Below are positions 37,890 to 47,575 of a stretch of 64,000 bases of DNA, one piece after another. Source of the stretch: a bacterium (GTDB lineage Bacteria > Patescibacteriota > Minisyncoccia > Phycocordibacterales > UBA5272). The stretch's first letter is position 1; each line of letters opens with the position of its first letter. A program made the position numbers and the translations under genes. The stretch is from assembly GCA_027482685.1 (NCBI GenBank), contig JAIXVU010000002.1, forward strand, positions 19,352 through 83,351, given 5' to 3'. Under the pieces are notes generated by a model, which saw only the letters and a list, made by a program, of their open reading frames with translations, was not told the DNA's origin and searched no databases.

Positions 37890-39059
37890 TTAAGGCAAAA
37901 ACTGGTGTATGAACTTCTTGACACGGGTGAAAAATGATGTCAGTACCTCACGAAGAACATCGTTTTCTGTATCAAGAGGTGCTAAGAATGTAAGACCAAA
38001 TGTTCGTGCCCATGCACCATCACGAAGTGTGTCATTTGAAAGCCTAACGAGTTCATTTGTGATAATTTTTATCGGTAGTTTTAGTTCACTTCTAAAAACA
38101 AATTCAAGATGTGGAAGATGAGATGAACCACCACAAACAACAACACCAGCAGGAAGTAATTCTTGACGACTCACACGAGCAAGTTCCTTGTTAATTTTTG
38201 CACAGAGGTCTTCAAATCGAGCAGTGATTATCTCTTCCACACGACGCTTAGAGTACATATGGGTGCCACGACCGACTTTTATTTCTTCTGCGTCTTCTAG
38301 TGTAACTTTTAGACCAAGGGCAATATCTTTGGTAAAATCATCACCACCAGCTGGGATAGTAGAAACAAGAAGTGGAATGTTATTCTCATATACAAGAATT
38401 GATGTTACCTGAGAGCCAATATTGATAAGTGCTACGCCGGCAACTTTTTGTTTCTTGGTAAGTAACGGAATACTCTCAGCAATCGGTCCAGCAACTATAT
38501 CTGTTACACGAACCTCTGCATCTTCGAGACATTTTTTGAGCGTAGTCATGCCCTTTAGAGGGTAAGTAACAAAGAGCGTCTTTACTTCTAGCTTGTTACC
38601 ACGAACACCAGTAACATCACCTTGGACATCTTGACCGTCTAGTCGGTATTTCATCGGGATGGTATGAACTACAGATTTGTTACGGATATCTGGAACTCCT
38701 TTTGAGCCATCCTTTACCGCATTATCAATATCAAGATCAGTAACTGATGCATCTCCTCTTGAAACTTGAGCGTAGCCATTTGCGTGATGCGATGAGAGAC
38801 CGATACCACCAAGAGAGATAAGTGTGTGAAGGGTGTTGCGGCCTGTTTCGTCTTCAAGAGTATTTAGAGCATTAATGATGGCTTTTGTCACTTCTTCACT
38901 ATCTTGGATATTTCCACGACTAATACCGTCAATATTCTTTTTGTATGTTCCTAAAATATGTGGAAGCTTAGAGCCTTCCTCGTATACGCATGCTAAAGCT
39001 CGCAAGCTTGTGCTTCCGATATCTATCCCCACAATCATGTCGCTTAGTTTACGTGCCAC
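37890..39059 (-). CDS. ftsA: cell division protein FtsA
   Basis: 389 aa; actin-like ATPase N-terminus IVGIDIGSTSLRA and FtsA-like overall organisation; directly upstream of ftsZ. Confidence 0.8.
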   Translation of the reverse strand: MARKLSDMIVGIDIGSTSLRALACVYEEGSKLPHILGTYKKNIDGISRGNIQDSEEVTKAIINALNTLEDETGRNTLHTLISLGGIGLSSHHANGYAQVSRGDASVTDLDIDNAVKDGSKGVPDIRNKSVVHTIPMKYRLDGQDVQGDVTGVRGNKLEVKTLFVTYPLKGMTTLKKCLEDAEVRVTDIVAGPIAESIPLLTKKQKVAGVALINIGSQVTSILVYENNIPLLVSTIPAGGDDFTKDIALGLKVTLEDAEEIKVGRGTHMYSKRRVEEIITARFEDLCAKINKELARVSRQELLPAGVVVCGGSSHLPHLEFVFRSELKLPIKIITNELVRLSNDTLRDGAWARTFGLTFLAPLDTENDVLREVLTSFFTRVKKFIHQFLP

Positions 39060-39444
39060 GGAAAAATACGCCTAGATGTTTAGCTTCTAGTTCTTCCATT
39101 GTACTACCATGTAGATGTCCTTTCAAATGAAGAACTCCATGAATAACAAGAAGATGAAGAAATTTTGTGTATGACATGTCGAATTTTTTTGCATCACGTC
39201 TGGCTATTGAGAGGCAAATGTAGATTTCACCCTCGGTCTCTGAGAGAGGGAATGAAAGGATGTTGGTCGGATAATCCTTATCTCTATATGTTTTGTTTCT
39301 TTCCTTTGATTCTGTTGGAGTACAGAAAATTATTGTGAGATTGTAGCTTTTACCGAGAATCTTTTCTTTGATTGCTAAAAATGGTATCTCAGGAATGATT
39401 CCATTTTTTCTAATTATAGTGAGGTTTTTGAGTTCAGATATCAT
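39049..39444 (-). CDS. ybeY: rRNA maturation endoribonuclease YbeY
   Basis: 131 aa; HGVLHLKGHLHG zinc-binding motif. Confidence 0.8.
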   Translation of the reverse strand: MISELKNLTIIRKNGIIPEIPFLAIKEKILGKSYNLTIIFCTPTESKERNKTYRDKDYPTNILSFPLSETEGEIYICLSIARRDAKKFDMSYTKFLHLLVIHGVLHLKGHLHGSTMEELEAKHLGVFFRGT

Positions 39445-39523
39445 GAGTACATTTTATAGGTAAAAGTAAAAAGTTGAAAGCAAGTAAAGGTGTAATTAGT
39501 TGTTGGTAATTAGTAATTAGTGA

Positions 39524-39556
39524 AATACGAGGGGCGCCGTAGGCGCCCCTCGTATT
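39524..39556. terminator. GC hairpin terminator (aatacgaggggcgcc-gtag-gcgcccctcgtatt)
   Basis: Perfect 14-bp stem. Confidence 0.55.
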
Positions 39557-39596
39557 TACTTGTAACTTTATACTTGAAACTTTTGACTTGATTATC

Positions 39597-39845
39597 TTAT
39601 CTTCGTCCTTTCTTTCGTTCGATTACTTTACCCATTCTCTTTGCTAGTTCGTATTTTGCAAGGTTATTAAGCTTCTTTAGTTTTGCGCGCTTGGTCTTGA
39701 GTACTGAAAGTGGGCGGTCGCTGTAGCGGAGTGAGCGGACACGTGGTAATACACCAGATTCTTGAACACGCTTCTGGAAGCGACGAATGAGCGAAAGTGA
39801 ATTTTCGTTTGAGTTCTTTTTTACTTCTACGTTTACGTTTGACAT
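39597..39845 (-). CDS. rpsU: 30S ribosomal protein S21
   Basis: Internal-Met start MSNVNVEVKK...; IRRFQKRVQESGVLPRVRSLRYSDRPLSVLKTKRAKLKK matches S21. The longer ORF in the track has a hydrophobic artefactual N-extension. Confidence 0.65.
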   Translation of the reverse strand: MSNVNVEVKKNSNENSLSLIRRFQKRVQESGVLPRVRSLRYSDRPLSVLKTKRAKLKKLNNLAKYELAKRMGKVIERKKGRR

Positions 39846-40338
39846 ATGTGGGGATAATTCTAACATAAAAATAAACAATGAGCAAACCCGCTCTATACTT
39901 GTTTTCATAGGGAATTGGGTGGTTCGATACGTAAGGTATTTTGTTAATTTTTTATAAGAGTTTTTCTTTTTTAACCCTACCGTTTACAAAGACGTGTCAT
40001 TTGTATGCTTACAAATGCACTCTGTCTCGGCTACCCGCCTCCGACGCGCTTTCTAAACGGTGGGGTTGGGTGTGTTAAGACGCATGAATACAACCCAACT
40101 AATACGGGATAATTATCGTGAAAAAGAAGTATTTGTATTCTATAACCCTCAACTTTTCCCATGAGAAGCAACTCACCGCAGGACGACGGTCCGAGGTGGA
40201 AGAAAATTTTCAGCAGGAAATTATTCTGTTTGCTTCGATGGGAAAGTTGAAAAAGAAAATGCAAAGAAAAAGATATAGCGAAATAGTAGCCGTTTCGAAC
40301 AACGTAGTCTAATTAAAAAGTTGAGTTGACAGCAAAAG

Positions 40339-41652
40339 CTATTTCAAATGCTTGATGTAATCAGATAGTGCATCTATCTTCACCGTGTCTTGAGAGTGGA
40401 CTGACATATTACGGACGATAACGGTGTTATCCATCGCTTCTTTTTGTCCAAAGATAAGACAGTAAGGAATCTCCATCTTCTCAGCAATGGCTAGTTGTGC
40501 AGAAAGAGAGTCTTTAGATAGTGATTGGTGTAGAGGAATACGAGCTTTACGTAAGATCTCCATCACACACAGACTCTTAAGCTTCGCTTCGAATCCAAGT
40601 TGGATGAAATAGACCTTCGGAGGCTTCATGATACGAGGGGCTAGAGTCTTACACTCAGGGAACATCATGATGCGTTCCATGCTTAACCCGCTTCCAACTG
40701 AAGGGACGTCTTTCTTACTCCCCATCATTTTTGCTAGATTGTCATAGCGACCACCACCTGTTATTGTTATCTCTTTTTCTGTGCCATCCTCACTAACGTC
40801 TACTTTTATCACCTCAAACACAGTTCGCGTGTAGTAACTCTGTCCGCGGACAAGTGAGTTATTAACGCGATAAGGAATACCCATTTCCTCGAGGTATTGG
40901 AGCACTTCCTTGAAGTGACTACGAGCGTCCGTTGATAAGAATGAAAGGGAAGATGGAGCATTCTCCTTAAATGGTTGGCACTGCGGTTGCTTACAATCTA
41001 ATAATCTAAGAGGATTAGTCTTGATACGTTCATGGCAGTCCTTACAGAGACCATCTAAGTGTTTCTTGTAATAATTGGTTAGTTCTTTTACAAACGCTGG
41101 TCGAGTCTCCTTGTCTCCCATGGAGTTAATATCAATAATAAGATCTTTGAAGCCGTATTCCTCAAGTATCGTCATAAGGGTGCGAATGATGAGTGCGTCT
41201 GCGATAGATTTACTCGTTCCTAATATCTCTAAGTTGAACTGTCTGAATTGGCGCCAACGTCCACGCTGAGGTTTGTCATGACGAAATGTTGGGCCGTATG
41301 AGTAGAAGAGTAGTGGCTGAGGAAGTGTTTGCATGCCGTGTTCTAGATATGCACGCATTACCGATGCTGTATATTCTGGACGAAGTGCAAGACGGTCACC
41401 ACCTTTTGTCTTAAACGTATACATTTCTTTATCGATGATGTCTGTTCCTTCGCCGATAGCGGACACGAAGACTTCCTCTTTCTCAAGTACTGGAGTTTCT
41501 ATCGGTTTGAATCCATAGTACACAGCAATCTCTTGTGCCTTTTCAAAAAGTCCTTGAAAAGCGTAGTACTGCTCACCTATAACATCATCCATTCCTTTGA
41601 GAGACATTGGAGGTTCTTTCTGAGTTGTTGGTTTTTTTGTTTCTTCGTTCAT
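40339..41652 (-). CDS. hisS: histidine--tRNA ligase
   Basis: 437 aa; class II motifs and the HisRS-specific GGGRYDNL motif. Confidence 0.8.
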   Translation of the reverse strand: MNEETKKPTTQKEPPMSLKGMDDVIGEQYYAFQGLFEKAQEIAVYYGFKPIETPVLEKEEVFVSAIGEGTDIIDKEMYTFKTKGGDRLALRPEYTASVMRAYLEHGMQTLPQPLLFYSYGPTFRHDKPQRGRWRQFRQFNLEILGTSKSIADALIIRTLMTILEEYGFKDLIIDINSMGDKETRPAFVKELTNYYKKHLDGLCKDCHERIKTNPLRLLDCKQPQCQPFKENAPSSLSFLSTDARSHFKEVLQYLEEMGIPYRVNNSLVRGQSYYTRTVFEVIKVDVSEDGTEKEITITGGGRYDNLAKMMGSKKDVPSVGSGLSMERIMMFPECKTLAPRIMKPPKVYFIQLGFEAKLKSLCVMEILRKARIPLHQSLSKDSLSAQLAIAEKMEIPYCLIFGQKEAMDNTVIVRNMSVHSQDTVKIDALSDYIKHLK

Positions 41653-41688
41653 ATATCTTCTAGGTGTTAGGTATTATGTGTAAGTCTG

Positions 41689-42468
41689 TTATTTTGTATA
41701 GATATACTGCCCTGGTTCGTAACTAAATGTAGAAAATGGATAGATGCGGAGGAGAACTTGTCCTTTGATATTTTTTTCATCAAGTGGTCCCCAGTCACGG
41801 CTATCATAACTCTGTGAACGGTTATCTCCCATTACAAAGTAATGGTTCTCATCAAGAGTTAGATCAACATTTTTACGAGTTTCTTTGTAAGTAACATATG
41901 GCTCTTCAAGTGTGAATCCATTTGGCTCATCTTTGTTATAAATTGTCGTTACGCCATCTCGTACGACAACTCTTTCACCAGGAAGGCCGATAACACGTTT
42001 GATAAGATGCTTACCCGTGTACGGGTTACTACCACCTTCATAGAGCTTAAATATCATGACATCTCCGCGAGCTGGGGTCTCTACTAAGTATGAGAACTTA
42101 TCTACTAAAAGGAATTCTTTGTTGTGATATGTTGGAAGCATTGACCCACCATCTACAATAAAAGGTTGAATAATGAACCCTTGTACAAGCTTCACAATAA
42201 GAATCAATCCAATTATCCAAAAAAGAAGTGATGATGGACGCTCATCCTCTTCGAGTATCTTTATTGTCACTAATCCATTTCTCCATGAAGGTAAAAATGT
42301 TGCAAAGATAAGTGCAATAACTAAAAGTGTAAGGAAACTAAAAATAACAATTGAAACAGGGTTCTGTGTTACATCACTTAATGATTCGAGTACTGCGGTT
42401 GTAACAGAAGTAAATAAGGAGGACAACATTATGATGCGTAGTATATAGATTAGATTATCATTGTGCAA
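41689..42468 (-). CDS. lepB: signal peptidase I
   Basis: 259 aa; DGGSMLPTY (Ser box), GDNRSQSYDSRDWG (box E). Confidence 0.8.
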   Translation of the reverse strand: MHNDNLIYILRIIMLSSLFTSVTTAVLESLSDVTQNPVSIVIFSFLTLLVIALIFATFLPSWRNGLVTIKILEEDERPSSLLFWIIGLILIVKLVQGFIIQPFIVDGGSMLPTYHNKEFLLVDKFSYLVETPARGDVMIFKLYEGGSNPYTGKHLIKRVIGLPGERVVVRDGVTTIYNKDEPNGFTLEEPYVTYKETRKNVDLTLDENHYFVMGDNRSQSYDSRDWGPLDEKNIKGQVLLRIYPFSTFSYEPGQYIYTK

Positions 42469-42480
42469 GAAAAATTTAGT

Positions 42481-42588
42481 TAATGGTTAATAGTTAATGG
42501 TGGATACATACATGCGAACACGCGAGGCGCCGAAGGCGCCTAGCATGTATCTAACTATTGACCATTAACGATTAACCATTGACCAATG
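42481..42588. repeat. imperfect long palindrome with central GC hairpin (gcgaggcgcc-gaa-ggcgcctagc) flanked by inverted ggttaatagttaatgg / ccattaacgattaacc stop-rich motifs
   Basis: Located in the divergent lepB/pth promoter region; the same motif family also occurs at 36240-36265 and 53371-53400. Confidence 0.5.
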
Positions 42589-42653
42589 AATCTATATTTT
42601 TTTCTCACATCAATTCTGGTACACTTACATCATCTCGATAATTTTAATTAACA

Positions 42654-43184
42654 ATGATCCACACTCTTGTCCCACTTGGAAATCCCGGTAACAAATATGC
42701 AAACACGAGACATAATGCAGCACGTGTGCTTCTCCATACTATCTATCAAGATGTTATTGCTCTTTCATCTGTTGAAGTGTTCGTACCGGAGACGTTCATG
42801 AATGAAAGTGGCAAGGCGGTGAGTGATTACATGCGGTATCACGAAGGGCGAGAGCTTGTGGTTATGTATGATGATAAAGATCTGGCATATGGAACATTTC
42901 GCATCTCATATGATAGGGGAGATGGGGGTCATAATGGAGTGAAGAGTATTATCGAATCACTTGGTACGAAGGATTTTATTCGTATGCGTATTGGTATAGG
43001 GCCAAAAGGGATGTTAGAAGGCGCTGCAAAAGCGCCACATGGTGAAGAAGTGCAAGACTATGTGATGGGGCACATACACGCGGACGAGGAAGAAGAGTTA
43101 CGAGTGATTGCTCCTAAGGTGCTAGCAGCGCTAAAAACAATAGCCGAACGTGGTTATCAAAAAGCAATGGAGGTGTATAATTAG
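42654..43184 (+). CDS. pth: peptidyl-tRNA hydrolase
   Basis: 176 aa; LVPLGNPGNKYANTRHNAA N-terminal signature. Confidence 0.85.
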   Translation: MIHTLVPLGNPGNKYANTRHNAARVLLHTIYQDVIALSSVEVFVPETFMNESGKAVSDYMRYHEGRELVVMYDDKDLAYGTFRISYDRGDGGHNGVKSIIESLGTKDFIRMRIGIGPKGMLEGAAKAPHGEEVQDYVMGHIHADEEEELRVIAPKVLAALKTIAERGYQKAMEVYN

Positions 43185-43192
43185 AAAAATAT

Positions 43193-44227
43193 ATGGAACA
43201 ACCTAATCAAGAAAATTTTGAAACTGGGGTAACAACATTTAATCCTGAATATTTAAGAAGTAATTTTGAGAAGAGTCGCATCCCCCTCGATCTGTCATTT
43301 GCTTCGCTATATTCTTCATTCGAAAATGATGTCAGTAGAGTAGAAAATCTTAAGGAGAGATTTGCTCAACAAGAAAGTAACGATGAAACGGGGATGATTG
43401 GAGAATCTCTCGTCTTTGCCCGCATTCAAGAAGGTGTTCTTGGTACAGGTATAACCGCTAGAGCAACAAGTCTTTATGATGATTTCTTTCACGGGGCGGA
43501 TATCGTGATTGAAAGTAAAGCCAAACAGCAACGTGATCCAATCATATCTTCAATTGATGTGACAATTAGCCAACAAGCTTTTGGGGTTAATCAGCGTTCT
43601 AAATTTGAGTCAGAAGGAGTTGTGAATGAGGTCGGGTTAGAAAAAAAATTACAAAGAGTAGTAAAGCACATAAAAACTATTGCTAACTTCTCACCAGAAA
43701 AAGCCATTGAATTATCTGCATGGCTACAGAGTGGAGGACTTGCTCAACCAAGGACTTCAAATAATCAAAAATATTTTGATGATGCGGAGCGTCTTATGCT
43801 TCTTAAATACTACAAAAATCCAGAAACATCTGATGAGCCGGATAAACCACATTTTGTTATGAGTGGCCCGCAAGTAGTCTTAAGTATTGATAGGGCCTTT
43901 GTCAATAAAGCGATTACCGCAGAGCAGTCTGAAAAAGCTCTCAAAGATATAGACACTCTTATACAAGTAGAAGTGCCTTATGCTGTAGCTGTTATCGCGC
44001 GACATGTTGATGAGCTTGCCCGTAAGATGGCTAAGGAGAGAGTGCCTTCTAATTTGTTTTTTGATATGATGCGTGCATCTTGTAGAGCATGGGAATTAAC
44101 TTTTGCAGGGGACCAGAATCAATTTAGATTACAAAAAGCAATTCAAGTATGCCAGAAAGATCCTGAGCTTAAAAAGCAATTACAGTATTACCAAGTCACT
44201 CTTAACAGTTTGCTAGCAGTAAAGTAG
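43193..44227 (+). CDS. hypothetical protein
   Basis: 344 aa ORF, no recognisable motif; codon composition like neighbours. Confidence 0.4.
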   Translation: MEQPNQENFETGVTTFNPEYLRSNFEKSRIPLDLSFASLYSSFENDVSRVENLKERFAQQESNDETGMIGESLVFARIQEGVLGTGITARATSLYDDFFHGADIVIESKAKQQRDPIISSIDVTISQQAFGVNQRSKFESEGVVNEVGLEKKLQRVVKHIKTIANFSPEKAIELSAWLQSGGLAQPRTSNNQKYFDDAERLMLLKYYKNPETSDEPDKPHFVMSGPQVVLSIDRAFVNKAITAEQSEKALKDIDTLIQVEVPYAVAVIARHVDELARKMAKERVPSNLFFDMMRASCRAWELTFAGDQNQFRLQKAIQVCQKDPELKKQLQYYQVTLNSLLAVK

Positions 44228-44247
44228 TTTCTATTTTTGAAAAAGCT

Positions 44248-44276
44248 AAAGAGCGACGCCGTAGGCGTCGCTCTTT
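44248..44276. terminator. GC hairpin terminator (aaagagcgacgcc-gtag-ggcgtcgctcttt)
   Basis: Perfect stem between convergent genes. Confidence 0.55.
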
Positions 44277-44320
44277 AGTATTTTCTAGACCCTAATTCCT
44301 AAACTCTAACCTTCTAGTTC

Positions 44321-45388
44321 TTACTTCTTCCCGTACGCAAGAGTCATACGTTCCTCATTTGCATCAAAAAGAGTGATTGAGAACTTGTAAATCTTCCCAA
44401 GCGATAGCGCCTCGCGGAGCTTAGCCTCATCACCGAAGTCAGATACATGCACAAGTCCTGCAACACCTTCCTCAATAGATACGAGTGCGCCATGCTTGTT
44501 GAACTTAATCACAACACCGTCGACGTCGTCACCTTTCTTGTATTTCTTCGCAGCTTCTTTCCAAGGGTTCTCTTTAAGAGCCTTGAGTGAAAGTGAGATC
44601 TTACCATCCTTAACCTCAATGATCTTTGCTTTTACTTTATCTCCTACCTTTGCGTGAGCTTTTGTATCTTCAACGAGCCCCCAGTCAATCTCACTCTTGT
44701 GAACGAGACCTTCAACACCGTCTGATAGTTTGATGAAGATACCGAACTCTACAACACCTGTAACAGTTCCTTCTACTTCATCACCTACGAGGTGATTACC
44801 TGCAACTATTTCTTTTGCTTCTTTGGTTGTTCCGCCATCTTTTTCTGAGAAGATTAGTTTACCTTCCTTTGGAATTGCTGAAATGATAGATACTGATACA
44901 CGCTTGCCGATAAGCTTCTTGAGTTCGCGGAGGATCTTATCCTTATCGCCATCCTCGATACGTGGGTAGTTCTCTTCCTTAAGTTGGGAAGCAGGAAGAA
45001 ATCCTGCCATACCTTGCCATTCGATGATTAGTCCACCTTTGTTAGCATCCTTAACAACGAGGTCCATAACACGCTTATCTTTGATAGCTTGTTCTGCATC
45101 ATTCCACATGAGAGCTTGACGAGCTTCCTTGAGTGAAAGTTCTACATATCCGTCGTTGTTCTCACGAAGGACAATTTTTGCTGAGATTGTATCTCCAATA
45201 TTGATACGCTTGATAACATCACGAGCATTCATGAACTCGATACCATAGATGATACCTGTTCCTGCCTGACCGAGGTCAACATAGAGCGCAGCTTTTTCTA
45301 TAGCTACGACCACTCCTTCGATAATGTCTTCTTCCTTAAAGATAACTGCTCCTTCTGCAAACGGAGCTACTTGTTGTAATGTTGTCAT
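44321..45388 (-). CDS. rpsA: S1-domain RNA-binding protein (ribosomal protein S1-like, 4 S1 repeats)
   Basis: Repeated S1 motifs (GxxVxGxV...G..GF/L.H.S); start taken at the internal MTTLQQV because the N-extension is implausible. Confidence 0.65.
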   Translation of the reverse strand: MTTLQQVAPFAEGAVIFKEEDIIEGVVVAIEKAALYVDLGQAGTGIIYGIEFMNARDVIKRINIGDTISAKIVLRENNDGYVELSLKEARQALMWNDAEQAIKDKRVMDLVVKDANKGGLIIEWQGMAGFLPASQLKEENYPRIEDGDKDKILRELKKLIGKRVSVSIISAIPKEGKLIFSEKDGGTTKEAKEIVAGNHLVGDEVEGTVTGVVEFGIFIKLSDGVEGLVHKSEIDWGLVEDTKAHAKVGDKVKAKIIEVKDGKISLSLKALKENPWKEAAKKYKKGDDVDGVVIKFNKHGALVSIEEGVAGLVHVSDFGDEAKLREALSLGKIYKFSITLFDANEERMTLAYGKK

Positions 45389-45465
45389 AAATATAAATTG
45401 TGTGCGGTACAAAAGAAAATGGTCCACACGAGGTGGACAAAGTCGCTGTGCCTCGTATCGGGGTC

Positions 45466-45507
45466 CCATCCACAGTTTAGAAAATACATTTTCTAAACTG
45501 TGGATGG
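45466..45507. promoter_or_regulatory. 20-bp perfect palindrome (ccatccacagtttagaaaat|ac|attttctaaactgtggatgg) in divergent region upstream of rpsA
   Basis: Read directly; about 78 nt upstream of the rpsA start. Possible leader structure or operator. Confidence 0.35.
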
Positions 45508-45698
45508 GGATTAAGTCCGAAACGTTTCTTGTTAATAAAGAATAGTATTTATACTACAGTACAAGAGCGAAAAAAGCAATCAAAATACTTCTTCATGAGA
45601 CATTGACAAAGCCAAGGTATTTCTGTAGTGTTTTGGTACAAGTACTTATTAAACGTGTACCTAGTCTTACGAAAGAGTGTTACTATATCTATAATATT

Positions 45699-47453
45699 AT
45701 GAAAAAAGGAATTATTAGTCTGATGGTAGTAGGAGTTAGTCTTTTTGGCGTAACTCTTTATGCAGCACCAGCATTTACGTCAATGACATACTACCCTGAA
45801 GGGATAGGTTCATATGATGAATGGAATGTAGTTGGTGGTGATAAGATTAGTGCGGTAGATAACAACGACGGGGATACAACTTTTCTTACAGTCAATACAC
45901 AAGGAAAAGCACAGACATTTACTTTTTCTACCCCAGCTATTCCAGTAAACGCGATTATTGATACAGTAAGTCTCTATGTTTTTGCAAAAAAAGTTGATGC
46001 AGGGTATGAAGATGTGCCAATTTCAGAAGAGAACAACCCACGATTCAAGTTCCGTGTTGAAAACGCTACAGATGTAAGTGATGGTGATGAAAAGATTATT
46101 TCAAACACAGATGGGTACATACTTTACGATAGACACATGGGAGAGAATCCTTTTACAGGGCTGACATGGACTGTTGCTGATCTTACAGCAGCTCAAACAC
46201 GCTTCGGAATCGTGCGTACCAATGAAGGGTCTGAGACTGGTATTGAACCACGAGTTACTAAGTTTTGGGTAGATGTTCTCTACTCTGTGCCAGGAGATGT
46301 CGAAGGAGAGGGAGAGACTGGTGGAACCGGTGGAGGTAGTGGAACTTCTACAATTCCAGTTAGTACTGCAACATTTGCAACAACTACACCTGAACTTACG
46401 CTTGTTACATTTACCGCAAGTAGTAGTAATGCAACCAGTACATTTAGTCTCTCAACATCGAGCCCATCCGGTGCGGTAGTTGATCCAGTAACTGGAGTAT
46501 TCACATGGACCCCAACAGAGGCACAAGGACCTGGTGTATATACGTTTGATATCATCGCATCAAGCACTAGCGGTGTTGTAACAACAACGGTAACGATAAC
46601 AGTTACAGAACTAAACGCTACACCAACTGCAAGTGATGTTCTTAGTTCCACTCTTGTTAACATTCCCGTAACCGTCTCATTACTAGGAGCAGATGCAGAT
46701 GTGCCTGTACAGACACTTCTCTATACAATTATTACAGCACCTACAAATGGTACAACAACAGCAAGTGGAACATCTGTGCTGTATACACCAAATAGTGGTT
46801 TCATTGGAATAGATACATTCACCTATGTTGTATCTGATGGTATAGCAACAAGTAGTATTGCTACGACTACGATTAGTGTAATGGCAGGAGGTGGTAGTGG
46901 AGGTGGAGGAGGTAGCGGTAGTGAAGGCGGTACAACATTTTCAGGTGGAGGATCATCAGGTGGCGGTAGTGGATTCTTTGTAGGAAGCGGACCTGCTGGG
47001 CAAGTACTCGGTGCAAGCACTGGTGGAAGCGGAGCACGTACTGGGCAAGTGCTTGGAGCGTCAACATGTGGACTATATCTCGATAAATATTTACGATACG
47101 GATACAACAACGATGTTGAAAGTGTTAAGAAGTTGCAGAGATTTTTAAATGAAAATCTTGGTACATCTATTCCTGTTACAGGCTATTATGGACCACTCAC
47201 TGAGACTGCTGTGCGCACTCTACAGAAGAAGTATAAAGCTATGATGCTCACACCTTGGAAGTTAGATGAGTCAACTGGTATTGTGTATCTCACAACAGTT
47301 ACCGCTATTAACAACATTGTATGTCCAGAGCTTAATCTTCCTGTTCCGACTAACCTTGTGCCATTTAGTCTTCATCCAGATGTTCCTACTCGTTTATCAT
47401 TTATGTCAAAAGTTTTAGGCGTAAGTATGAGTACGGAGCCGTTTGCAAGATAA
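45699..47453 (+). CDS. secreted/cell-surface protein with tandem Ig-like (putative Ig / cadherin-like) repeats, Gly/Ser-rich linker and C-terminal peptidoglycan-binding (PG_binding_1-like) domain
   Basis: Signal peptide MKKGIISLMVVGVSLFGVTLYAAPA (start at the internal Met); repeats VVDPVTGVFTWTPTEAQGPGVYTFDIIAS; GGGSGGGGGSGSEGG linker; C-terminal YGYNNDVESVKKLQRFLNENLGTSIPVTGYYGPLTETAVRTLQKKY. Confidence 0.55.
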   Translation: MKKGIISLMVVGVSLFGVTLYAAPAFTSMTYYPEGIGSYDEWNVVGGDKISAVDNNDGDTTFLTVNTQGKAQTFTFSTPAIPVNAIIDTVSLYVFAKKVDAGYEDVPISEENNPRFKFRVENATDVSDGDEKIISNTDGYILYDRHMGENPFTGLTWTVADLTAAQTRFGIVRTNEGSETGIEPRVTKFWVDVLYSVPGDVEGEGETGGTGGGSGTSTIPVSTATFATTTPELTLVTFTASSSNATSTFSLSTSSPSGAVVDPVTGVFTWTPTEAQGPGVYTFDIIASSTSGVVTTTVTITVTELNATPTASDVLSSTLVNIPVTVSLLGADADVPVQTLLYTIITAPTNGTTTASGTSVLYTPNSGFIGIDTFTYVVSDGIATSSIATTTISVMAGGGSGGGGGSGSEGGTTFSGGGSSGGGSGFFVGSGPAGQVLGASTGGSGARTGQVLGASTCGLYLDKYLRYGYNNDVESVKKLQRFLNENLGTSIPVTGYYGPLTETAVRTLQKKYKAMMLTPWKLDESTGIVYLTTVTAINNIVCPELNLPVPTNLVPFSLHPDVPTRLSFMSKVLGVSMSTEPFAR

Positions 47454-47472
47454 GCAAAAGTAACATAAGTAA

Positions 47473-47538
47473 GGGCGGAGAAATGGAACGTAAAAAAGTC
47501 GGCATACGCCGACTTTTTTACGTTCCATTTCTCCGCCC
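47473..47538. terminator. 31-bp perfect palindrome terminator (gggcggagaaatggaacgtaaaaaagtcggc-atac-gccgacttttttacgttccatttctccgccc)
   Basis: Verified arm by arm; contains internal T/A runs. Confidence 0.65.
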
Positions 47539-47575
47539 ACTTCTTACCTAGTTAATTCACGCTATACTATATCGT

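Noticed and set aside
39909-40320. Possible tmRNA (5' end gggaattgggtggttcgatacg resembles the tmRNA 5' GGGG..UUCGACG motif) or SRP RNA-like motif (ggtccgaggtggaag near 40180)
   Set aside because: No matching tRNA-like 3' end (T-arm plus CCA-adjacent acceptor) could be found downstream on either strand, and the SRP helix-8 consensus (GGAAGCAGCC) is absent. Left as an unannotated 430-bp intergenic region between hisS and rpsU.
45699-47453. Diversity-generating retroelement target (Ig/lectin-like C-terminus in CPR surface proteins)
   Set aside because: No reverse transcriptase and no template/variable near-identical repeat pair in the window; the only internal repeat is a short Gly-rich duplication.
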